NCBI GenBank assembly: GCA_040751795.1
Contig: JBFMHR010000003.1
Span: 96,001 to 160,000, forward strand
From: Thermoplasmatota archaeon
Lineage (GTDB): Archaea > Thermoplasmatota > Thermoplasmata > UBA10834
DNA length: 64,000 bases
Reading direction: 5' to 3'
This document shows positions 10,667-18,721 of the stretch, piece by piece (within the stretch, counting starts at the first letter, position 1; each line of letters starts with the position of its first letter). The notes beneath the pieces were generated by a model. That model did no database searches. It was not told the origin of the DNA and worked only from the letters and a program-made list of their open reading frames with translations. Made by a program: the position numbers and the translations under genes.

Positions 10667-13600
10667 TCAGCCCCTTCCGTATATGTCGATTGCGGCGATC
10701 TTCACGATGCAGCCAGTCTCGGTCCCTGTCAGCATCCCAGCGAAGACGTCCTTGATGGACACCGCCCAGTACTCCGTCGGGCCGACGTTGAGGTAGACCT
10801 TCAGGAGCGAGACCTCCGACGCTGCCCCGGCCGTGACCCAGGAGGTGAGTATGTCGTCCAGCCCGTCACCGTTGACATCCTCGACCTCGAGAAGGGTCGG
10901 GCCGATAGCGACAGTCGTCGGCAGCCCACCGGGGTAGATGTACATGTTCGTCTGGTTCTGGACCATCCAGGCCGTCAGGGGCGTCCTGTGGTCGTACACG
11001 ACGAACTTCGCGTTCTTCGCGACCACCACCTCGAGCCTCCCGTCTTCGAGGCCGTCGAAGTTGATGGCGCGCGCGGTGTAGTAGATCTCGTAGGAGGTGT
11101 TCACGCCCGCCACCTGGTACCGGTTGGCCGGGACGGGGAGGGTTGTCGGCATGTAGGAGCCGAACCTGTCCGACTGCACCCCTATGTAGTCGATGTCGAG
11201 CCACTCCGTCTCGAGGCCCAGCGCCGTCGACGAGTCGGTGATCTTCACATAGAAGCTCGTCGCGCCCGCGACGGACGACGGCAGGCTGAACGTGTACTCG
11301 GTGTACTCCTCTGCGGTGATGACCATCACGGGGGTGTATATGGCCGTGAGCGGGTCCGAGCTGGTGGTGTACCAGACGTAGAAGACCTCCTGGGAAGTAT
11401 CCTCCGGGCCGACCTTCGCGGTGACCACCAGCTGCGGGTCGGAGTACGACGTCAGCGGCACGTCTATCTCGAAGACGAAGTGGACCTGGCCGGCCTCATC
11501 GCCGGTGGTGTTCTCCTCGATCCGCATCCCGTTGTCGTCCGCGATCTCCGTCAGCGACATGATCCCGGCGGTGTTGCTGCCGGCGTACTGGAGCACGTCG
11601 GTGACGAGGTTCTCCTCCGCGTCCTGGTTGACCGTGTAGTTGTTCACCCACACGCCCTCGATGTAGTCATGAGTGCCCGTGCCAGTCGTCGGGTCGACGG
11701 TGATTATGTCGAGCATGCCGTCGTTGTTGATGTCGGCGATGTCGAAGTCCTCTATGTTGCTGGTGATCGAGGTCGGGTTGGGCAGGTAGGCGAAGCACCC
11801 GCGGGTCCACTTCGTGAGGTCGTACATCCACACCTTGCCGCTCGCGAGCACTATGAGGTCCGCGCAGCCGTCGCCGGTCATGTCCTCGAGGGCGATCTTC
11901 CTGATGCCGTCGTTGGTGGAGTTGTACGTCGCGAAGACCGTGCCCTGGGCGCCGTAGGTGTTGTTGAATATGATCACCTTGTGGCCGGAGGTGGAGTACG
12001 CGAAGTCCGTGTCCCCGTCTCCGTTGATGTCGCCGCTGTCTATCCACTCGATCTTATCCGTGGCGAGGTCGCCGGTCGGTCTGGTTATTATTGAAGGCGC
12101 CTGCCACACCCCGTAGGTGTTCATGGTGTTCTCGAAGTACAGGAGCTTGCCGATGTCGTCGTAGCTGGTGGCCTTGTCCATGTTCGACCCGGCCAGCACG
12201 TCCATGTCGCCGTCGTTGTCGTAGTCGCCCACCGACATTGCGTTATGGTAGTACAGCGGAGCCGTGCTGGGCGCGTTCTCCTGGGTGTACAGGATCCTTG
12301 TGGTGAAGAAGTTGTTGTTCTCCACGTAGTAGATGTACTCGGGGTTGATGAAGTTCGTGCTCCCGCCCTTGGACGAGTAGACGCCGGAGGTCCCGAGGAA
12401 GAAGTCCGCCCGGCTGTACGAGGCCTGCACGAACACCTGCCGGGAGTACGCGTACACGCCCTCGTTCGCGTCGCTGAACTGCGATATCTGGAGGGTGTAC
12501 GAGTTCGTCCCCGACTTCCACTGGTCGCCGTTGCTGAACCTCAGGTCGATGGAGAACACGTACGCGGTGTTGTTGGTGGCCGAGTCGGTGACCTCGCTGA
12601 TCATGCTCCCGGAGTCCGGGGGGCCGTAGAGCTGGGTGCCGCCGACCATGTCGACGATCCTGATCTCGCCCACGGACGGCGCGGGGGAGTCCTGGGCGTC
12701 CTGGACGTATATCGCGACGTAGATGACGTAGTCCGTCCCGGTCGCGTTGAACGCGGTGTCCCTGTCGAAGCCCCACTCGGTGCCGTAGTCGTCGTCCATG
12801 AACGTCCATACCCTGGGGTAGTAGGATATCGGGGAGGACTCGTCCTCGATGTAGATGGTCTGATCCGCGTCGAACACGTAGTTCGTCAGGCCGGTCGCCT
12901 TGAGCAGCATGCTCATGGTGTACGTGCCCGGAATCATGTTCGTGGTGTTGAACACCGCCTGGTACACGGCGACGTTGCCACCGTACGCGTAGCTGTAGAA
13001 CGGGTCCACGTAGGTGCTCGGCGACTGGAAGACCGCCAGCGAGGTGTAGTCGATCTCGGTCCTGGCGTCTGTCATGGTCAGGTCGTTCGCGCCTCCGATG
13101 TTGGTCACGTAGAGGCTCGCGACCCGCACGAATATGTTCTCGCCCCGTGTGAAGTTCGTCCTGGCGTCGGTGGTGTTCGCTGTCCCGCTGGTGCCGTTCT
13201 CGCCGTATACGCCGAACCCCTGTCCGTCGTTGATGTTGGTGATGTAGGAGGGCATGCCGCCTTCCTGCGGGGTGGTGTCGGCGGGGTACCAGTCGATGTC
13301 GGTCGGGAGGACTATGACGGACAGCTCGTATCCCACGGAGGTCGTGTGCCCCGCGGCGTCCATCGCGTGGATCTTGAGGGTCTTCCCGTCTATGGCGACG
13401 GAGTCGTTCGCCACATCGTTGAAGTCCCACTCGAACCAGCCGCCATCAGCGGGCACCAGCCCGCTGCTCGGGGAGTTGAATGTGTCGTTGGCGCTGCCGC
13501 CCGTGATGCTGGATGAATCGAGCCAAACATACCTCAGGTCCTTGTCGAGGTCGGATATCTTGACGTAGAGCGTGAAGTCGTCGTACTCCTTCACTGGGTC

Positions 13601-14119
13601 CACGGTCGGCGTGTCGGTGTTCGAGTCGACGTACCTCTGCAGCACTATCGGCGGGGTCCCGCCCATGCCGCCGGAGACCTGGCTGGTCCACACGGCGTTG
13701 TGGCTCTCGTCGTCGACTATCGTGACGGATATGGAACTGGAGTATGTCGTGTCGGAGAACGTCTTGACCCACTGTGTGCCCATGGCCCACTCATCGTAGT
13801 CGAAGTCCGCGTCCTCGGAGAGCCTGTAGGCCCATGTCTCCTCGTCCACCGAGACGAGGATGATTGTCAAGGGCGCCTCCATGGTGGCGCCGCCGATGTG
13901 CGTCACGGTGAGCGTCGCTGTCGAGCCCAGGTCGTCGAAGTCGAGGGAGGCGGCGAAGTCCGCCTTGGTGGTCAGCTCCGGGACGGGCATCTGGTTCACG
14001 AACATCATGATGCCGCTGAAGAGGACGACCGTGATCATGAGGATCAGGATGTTGCCTACGATCTCGGATACGCCGCCCTCGTCGGTCCATGACTTGCGCT
14101 TCAGCAGTTTGACTTCCAT
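10667..14119 (-). CDS. 1150-aa surface protein: archaeal type IV pilin N-terminus plus FG-GAP/VCBS repeats
   Basis: Class III signal KRKSWTDEGG|VSEIVGNILILMITVVLF; six DxxxDGxxD-type motifs; T/S/D/N/Y-rich. Confidence 0.88.
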   Translation of the reverse strand: MEVKLLKRKSWTDEGGVSEIVGNILILMITVVLFSGIMMFVNQMPVPELTTKADFAASLDFDDLGSTATLTVTHIGGATMEAPLTIILVSVDEETWAYRLSEDADFDYDEWAMGTQWVKTFSDTTYSSSISVTIVDDESHNAVWTSQVSGGMGGTPPIVLQRYVDSNTDTPTVDPVKEYDDFTLYVKISDLDKDLRYVWLDSSSITGGSANDTFNSPSSGLVPADGGWFEWDFNDVANDSVAIDGKTLKIHAMDAAGHTTSVGYELSVIVLPTDIDWYPADTTPQEGGMPSYITNINDGQGFGVYGENGTSGTANTTDARTNFTRGENIFVRVASLYVTNIGGANDLTMTDARTEIDYTSLAVFQSPSTYVDPFYSYAYGGNVAVYQAVFNTTNMIPGTYTMSMLLKATGLTNYVFDADQTIYIEDESSPISYYPRVWTFMDDDYGTEWGFDRDTAFNATGTDYVIYVAIYVQDAQDSPAPSVGEIRIVDMVGGTQLYGPPDSGSMISEVTDSATNNTAYVFSIDLRFSNGDQWKSGTNSYTLQISQFSDANEGVYAYSRQVFVQASYSRADFFLGTSGVYSSKGGSTNFINPEYIYYVENNNFFTTRILYTQENAPSTAPLYYHNAMSVGDYDNDGDMDVLAGSNMDKATSYDDIGKLLYFENTMNTYGVWQAPSIITRPTGDLATDKIEWIDSGDINGDGDTDFAYSTSGHKVIIFNNTYGAQGTVFATYNSTNDGIRKIALEDMTGDGCADLIVLASGKVWMYDLTKWTRGCFAYLPNPTSITSNIEDFDIADINNDGMLDIITVDPTTGTGTHDYIEGVWVNNYTVNQDAEENLVTDVLQYAGSNTAGIMSLTEIADDNGMRIEENTTGDEAGQVHFVFEIDVPLTSYSDPQLVVTAKVGPEDTSQEVFYVWYTTSSDPLTAIYTPVMVITAEEYTEYTFSLPSSVAGATSFYVKITDSSTALGLETEWLDIDYIGVQSDRFGSYMPTTLPVPANRYQVAGVNTSYEIYYTARAINFDGLEDGRLEVVVAKNAKFVVYDHRTPLTAWMVQNQTNMYIYPGGLPTTVAIGPTLLEVEDVNGDGLDDILTSWVTAGAASEVSLLKVYLNVGPTEYWAVSIKDVFAGMLTGTETGCIVKIAAIDIYGRG

Positions 14120-14167
14120 TCGAACATTCCTCCGGGGAGAAGGATTACTCTGCCAGCTTCGGGTTTT

Positions 14168-14198
14168 CAACGTGTTGGAGCGTATTTAAACGTGTTGG
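14168..14198. promoter_or_regulatory. Direct repeat AACGTGTTGG x2 straddling the TATA box of the large pilin gene
   Basis: Copies at 14169-14178 and 14189-14198 (20-bp period); TTTAAATA on minus strand at 14183-14190. Confidence 0.6.
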
Positions 14199-14295
14199 GG
14201 TCATTACCAGGTACCTCACCGGATCCTCCAGGCGCCCGGCCGCCTGCGGGCGAAACCATCACCGTTATATAAGCACAGGGGGATTTCGCGGGGCG

Positions 14296-15429
14296 ATGGC
14301 GGAGCCTGGCCAGCTGAGCGTCAACGAGAGGGTCCTACTTCATCTCTCCAGGTACGCCTCCGACAGCACGCCGGGGGAGCACCCCGAGGAGTGCTCTCAG
14401 GCGGGGATAGCCTCGTCCGTCGGCATATCGCGCACGCACGTCCCGCGCGCGGTCAAATCGCTCGCGAAGGACGGGCTCGTCGAGGAGCTCCGGGCGAGGG
14501 TCGAGGGGCACGAGAGGCGGATGAGCGTCTACTCGATCACGCCCGAGGGGGTCAGGAGGGCGGCCGAGCTGTGGGAGGGGCTGTCCCGGGCGAGGTTCGT
14601 CCTCAGGTCCCCCGGGAAGTCCGAGGAGGTCAGCGTCAGCGACATCGAGGAGATGGTGGGCAGGCGGAAGGCGGTCGCGCTCGTCGCGCGGGCGCGCGCA
14701 GGCGTGGTGGAGATGGCGGACAGGCGCAGGCCCGCGGTCAAGGACCTGGGGGACGCCCCCTTGACGGAGGGCTTCGTCGGGAGGAAGGAGGAGCTCGGGC
14801 AGATGAGCGCGTTCCTCGAGTCCGACTCCGACATCCTCGTCGTCCTGGGGATGAGAGGCTACGGCGCCAGCGCGCTCGCGCGCAGGTTCGTCGACTCGCT
14901 TGAGGACTACAACGTCCTGTGGGTCCCCCTAGCGCAGTGCGCCGGCACATCCGACATCGAGGCGCGCATGCGCGACTTCGCGGGCAAGGCCCTCCCCGGG
15001 GCGAGCGGCCCGCTCGACGCCCTCGAGGTCGCCGACACCGTGATAGTCTTCGACGGCTACCACTCGGTGCCGGACGACGCGGTCGAGTTCTTCTCGGAGA
15101 TGGTGGGGGGGCTGCAGGAGGCGAAGGTCGTCATAACGGCGAGGGAGGACACGCCCGCCTACAACTGGTTCTACCACAAGAAGGAGGTCGAGTCGGGCAA
15201 GGTACATGAGCTCAGGCTCAGGGGCCTCGACAAGGACAGCGCCAGGGCGCTGCTCGGCAACCCCAGGATCGAGGCGGAGGCGTTCAGGCGCGTGTATGGG
15301 ATGACCAGGGGGTCCCCCTCCGCTCTCAGGATGCTCAGGGACAAGGACTTCGAGGGGCTCAAGAGGAGCACCGTCCTCACGGCGGAGGAGGTCAGGTACC
15401 TCCTCTTCCTCCGCGACAAGGCGGCGTAG
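14296..15429 (+). CDS. Winged-HTH plus NB-ARC/STAND-like ATPase protein with degenerate Walker A
   Basis: SQAGIASSVGISRTHVPRAV HTH; FVGRKEEL; GMRGYGAS; VIVFD; GSP motif. Confidence 0.8.
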   Translation: MAEPGQLSVNERVLLHLSRYASDSTPGEHPEECSQAGIASSVGISRTHVPRAVKSLAKDGLVEELRARVEGHERRMSVYSITPEGVRRAAELWEGLSRARFVLRSPGKSEEVSVSDIEEMVGRRKAVALVARARAGVVEMADRRRPAVKDLGDAPLTEGFVGRKEELGQMSAFLESDSDILVVLGMRGYGASALARRFVDSLEDYNVLWVPLAQCAGTSDIEARMRDFAGKALPGASGPLDALEVADTVIVFDGYHSVPDDAVEFFSEMVGGLQEAKVVITAREDTPAYNWFYHKKEVESGKVHELRLRGLDKDSARALLGNPRIEAEAFRRVYGMTRGSPSALRMLRDKDFEGLKRSTVLTAEEVRYLLFLRDKAA

Positions 15430-15960
15430 TCACCACTCGACGCCCCTGCGGGCCTTGGTGCCTGAATCGTAGGGGTGCTTCGCCTTCTCTATCACCGACA
15501 CGTAGTCCGCGGAGTCGACGAACTCCTGGGGGGCGTCCCTGCCCGTGAGGACGACCTCCACGCCCGCCTTCCGGGACATCAGGAGGGACAGGACCTCCTC
15601 GACGCGAACCAGCCCCATGGAGACGGCGACGTTCACCTCGTCCAGGACGACCATCTGGCAGGAGCCGCCCCTGAGCCTCTCCCCCGCGGCGGCCATGGCC
15701 GCCCGGGCCGCCTCCCTGTCCTCCTCCGAGGGGGCGCCCCTGCCCACGAACCTGCCCGACCCGAACTGCAGGACCTCGATCCCCTCCACCCGCCGCGCGG
15801 AGACGAGCTCGCCCGTGGCCTCGCCCGTCTTCATGAACTGTATCACGCACACGCGGAAGCCGTGCCCCGCCGCCCTCATTGCCAGGCCGAACGCCGCCGT
15901 GGTCTTGCCCTTCCCGGGGCCCGTGATGACATGGACCTTGCCGAGGCCGCTGGCGCTCAT
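15430..15960 (-). CDS. cobO: Cob(I)yrinic acid a,c-diamide adenosyltransferase (CobO/BtuR)
   Basis: TGPGKGKTTAAFG, QFMK, VLDE, VLTGR, KHPY. Confidence 0.95.
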   Translation of the reverse strand: MSASGLGKVHVITGPGKGKTTAAFGLAMRAAGHGFRVCVIQFMKTGEATGELVSARRVEGIEVLQFGSGRFVGRGAPSEEDREAARAAMAAAGERLRGGSCQMVVLDEVNVAVSMGLVRVEEVLSLLMSRKAGVEVVLTGRDAPQEFVDSADYVSVIEKAKHPYDSGTKARRGVEW

Positions 15961-16003
15961 CGCCACCCCCAGCGCGGTGCTACTAGAAAAATGGGAGCGC
16001 GGC

Positions 16004-16510
16004 TCAGTACCTGCGGACCTCGTCCTCCGGCAGGGAGAACTCCCTCTCGAGGTACCCGAGCTGCTGCGTCTCCATGGTCCTCGGGTCTATGGGGACCAGC
16101 AGGAGGGCGCCCGACATGGCCACCTCCTCGTTCGTGAGCTGCACCGCCTTCATGACGCTTGAGAACCCGTTCTCGGTGACGAGGTACTCGAGGCCGTCCA
16201 GGAGCACGACTGCCCCTGGGTTGGCCTTGATGAAGTCCGATATGGTGCTGTGTATCTTCATCAGCCTCGTCGGCTCGAGGTTGATCACGCCCGCGCCCGT
16301 CGTGCTCTTGATGTTCTTGGCGATCCACATGATGGGGCAGTCGAAGCCGTACTGCTGCTGCACCCTGACCGGGTGGGTGCGTGTGATTACCAGACCTCGT
16401 CTGCCCTCTGCCAGTAGCCTCTTGAGGGCCTCGTAGGCCCTCGGGACGCCCCTGTCCGTGAACAGGTAGGAGTTACCTGGAGCGAGGGCAGGTGCGCTTC
16501 CTTCGCTCAT
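16004..16510 (-). CDS. DUF835 domain protein
   Basis: GLVITRTHP, LEPTRL, VVLLDGLEYLVTENGF, LERE; start at MSEGSA. Confidence 0.88.
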   Translation of the reverse strand: MSEGSAPALAPGNSYLFTDRGVPRAYEALKRLLAEGRRGLVITRTHPVRVQQQYGFDCPIMWIAKNIKSTTGAGVINLEPTRLMKIHSTISDFIKANPGAVVLLDGLEYLVTENGFSSVMKAVQLTNEEVAMSGALLLVPIDPRTMETQQLGYLEREFSLPEDEVRRY

Positions 16511-16518
16511 GGGTACGG

Positions 16519-17193
16519 TTACCTCAGGCCCGCCTGCACGGCTAGGCCCTCGTCGGTGATGTCGATCAGCTGCCTCCCGGTTGTGTGCTTGGTCCCCCTC
16601 AGCTTGAGGACCTCGAGGAACTTGCGCCTGACCTTCTCCTCCTCGGGGTAGGAGAGCATGACGACGCCGTCGACCATGTACGATTCCTGGCTGTGCGATA
16701 TGTCGTCGTAGGAGAGCTCCGCGGTTATGATCGCGAGGCACTCGAACGCCTTGAGGTAGGCGAAGAGCTCGTGCATGAACTCCCGGGTCTCCCCCCTCCA
16801 CTGCAGCATGTCCGTCATGGGGGTGATGGGGTCGATGACGATCCTCACCGGGTGGTACTGCTCGATCTGCTTCTTGATCGTGCTCAGGATCTCGCCGGGG
16901 TTCTTGGCCAGGGTCGGCCCGATGTCGATGAAGTTGACCACGCCCCGCTCCACGAGCTGCTGGTCGTAGAACGAGAAGGACGACAGGAACCTCTGGACCA
17001 GCCATTGCGGCTCCGAGATGGCCGTGATGTAGAGGCCCTTCTCCCCCTGGCTCGCGCCGTGGAACAGGCTCTGGACCGCCAGGGTGGTCTTGCCAGTGCC
17101 GGGCTCGCCCGCCACGAGTATCGCGGACGGGAACGGGAAGCCGCCCTGCAGCATGCCGTCGAGCCCGGGTATGCCCGTGGTCTTCCTGGTCAT
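16519..17193 (-). CDS. KaiC/RAD55 family ATPase, single domain
   Basis: TGIPGLD, GEPGTGKT, RIVID, VDGVV, LEVLKLRG. Confidence 0.93.
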   Translation of the reverse strand: MTRKTTGIPGLDGMLQGGFPFPSAILVAGEPGTGKTTLAVQSLFHGASQGEKGLYITAISEPQWLVQRFLSSFSFYDQQLVERGVVNFIDIGPTLAKNPGEILSTIKKQIEQYHPVRIVIDPITPMTDMLQWRGETREFMHELFAYLKAFECLAIITAELSYDDISHSQESYMVDGVVMLSYPEEEKVRRKFLEVLKLRGTKHTTGRQLIDITDEGLAVQAGLR

Positions 17194-17601
17194 TCAGAGC
17201 ACCTCCGAGTCGATGATGAAGACGCACCTGTCGTCTCCCTTCGAGACGCACTTCCTCTCGTGGCAGTAGACGTCCTTGCCCGTGCGCTCCTCGAAGACCT
17301 TCGCGAGCACGCCCCTCAGCATGTGGCACGTGGGGGAGTCGGAGCTCGATACCTCTATGGACCCGCTCACGTTGATCGTGTCGCCCTCGAAGGCTATGTC
17401 ACTGACCCACCCCTCCTTGATCAGGGCATCCCTGACCCTCGAGAGGTCGGTGCCCGTGGCCTTGACAAGGCGGCTGCCGATTATGCGGCCGCACCTGTAG
17501 AACATGCCGTGCGAGGCGAAGGTCATGACGGTCTCATACAGCTTCTTTATCTCTACGAGCTCATCCTTGCGCAGCTTGATGGCGCGCTCCGGTGACTCCA
17601 T
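17194..17601 (-). CDS. V4R domain protein
   Basis: CHMLRG ... E-x2-C-x3-GDDRCVF V4R signature. Confidence 0.88.
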   Translation of the reverse strand: MESPERAIKLRKDELVEIKKLYETVMTFASHGMFYRCGRIIGSRLVKATGTDLSRVRDALIKEGWVSDIAFEGDTINVSGSIEVSSSDSPTCHMLRGVLAKVFEERTGKDVYCHERKCVSKGDDRCVFIIDSEVL

Positions 17602-17635
17602 CGATAACCACCTACTCGGGGGTTGGCATCTATCA

Positions 17636-17651
17636 ATAAGTCGGGACTTAT
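17636..17651. promoter_or_regulatory. Inverted repeat overlapping the TATA box of the V4R-KaiC-DUF835 operon
   Basis: ATAAGTC-GG-GACTTAT; minus-strand TATAAG at 17647-17652. Confidence 0.5.
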
Positions 17652-17743
17652 ACCTTTTGGTCGGGCACTTGCTGGCAGGGCCCCTGGCGTCCCCGGTGGC
17701 CGAGACACCTTAATCTATGACCTACCGCTAATGGGGTGCCGTG

Positions 17744-18280
17744 ATGGAGGTAGAGTCCAAGTTCCGGTCGCCGGGGAACGACAAGGTCGAGAAGGCGCTG
17801 GCGAAGCTGGGGGCCGAGCTCGTCTCCGAGGAGGAGACCGAGGACGTCTACTTCCGGCACCCTGGGCGGGACTTCGGCAAGACCGACGAGGCGCTCAGAC
17901 TGAGGAAGAGGGCGGACGTCTCGGAGCTGACCTACAAGGGCCCGAGGATGAGGCTCGAGCACACGAAGGCGAGGGAGGAGGTCACCCTGAGGACGGGGGA
18001 CGCGCTCGCGGCGCAGAGGATCGTCGAGAGGCTCGGGTTCACGGAGTTCATGACGGTGCGCAAGAGGCGCCGAAACTTCAGGTACGACAAGGTCAGGGTC
18101 GCGGTGGACCTGGTGGACGGGCTGGGCGAGTACGTCGAGCTGGAGCTCATCACAGAGGAGCCCAAGAGGGCGGAGGCGCTCATCGAGCGGATGAGGGCGG
18201 ACCTCTCCCTGACCGACCTCGAGCCGAGGACCTACCTCGAGATGATCCTCGACGGCAGCGCACGTAACGAGAGGAAATGA
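17744..18280 (+). CDS. cyaB: CYTH domain protein (class IV adenylate cyclase CyaB-like)
   Basis: EVESK (ExExK), DVYF, ALRLR, LTYKGP, GLGEYVELE. Confidence 0.9.
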   Translation: MEVESKFRSPGNDKVEKALAKLGAELVSEEETEDVYFRHPGRDFGKTDEALRLRKRADVSELTYKGPRMRLEHTKAREEVTLRTGDALAAQRIVERLGFTEFMTVRKRRRNFRYDKVRVAVDLVDGLGEYVELELITEEPKRAEALIERMRADLSLTDLEPRTYLEMILDGSARNERK

Positions 18281-18340
18281 GAGGGGGGCGCGCAGCGCCG
18301 ACCTCCCCTGGCGCGCCCGCGCCGGATGGCCCCGGCCACC

Positions 18341-18589
18341 TCAGAGCTTGCTTATCTTCTCCGTCACGAAAGACTTGATCGCCGGGTCGTCGGGGATCGT
18401 GATGGACTTCTTGTACTTCTCGCTCCCGTCGGGGAGGAAGTAGCCTCGCGAAACCGATATGAACTCGCTGTCCCCCTCGTCGGTGATCGCCTTCTTCCTC
18501 GCGACCTCGAGGAAGTTGTTCTTGCCGAAGGGGATCTTCTCAGCACTCAGGGTCTCGAACCGCACCTTTGTTTGCTGTTCATCGTCCAT
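18341..18589 (-). CDS. Conserved small hypothetical protein (82 aa)
   Basis: Clean ORF with GGAGG SD and TATA upstream; FGKNNFLEVARK, FISVSRGY, KKSITIP. Confidence 0.8.
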   Translation of the reverse strand: MDDEQQTKVRFETLSAEKIPFGKNNFLEVARKKAITDEGDSEFISVSRGYFLPDGSEKYKKSITIPDDPAIKSFVTEKISKL

Positions 18590-18721
18590 TTGGTGGCCTC
18601 CGTGTTGCAGGGCGTTGGCAAAAGACGGTTCCGTTCATATAAAGGTTGGCGGCGGCCGCATCTTCGAATCCGCGCGGTGCTGGCGCAAATCATAATATAT
18701 CGTGATTGGCTCTTTTCGCGC

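Noticed and set aside
14296-15429. STAND protein as an Avs-like antiviral system
   Set aside because: No effector or TPR sensor domain, a defective P-loop and no defence-island context
16519-17193. KaiC genes as a circadian clock
   Set aside because: Single-domain proteins with no kaiA or kaiB in the window
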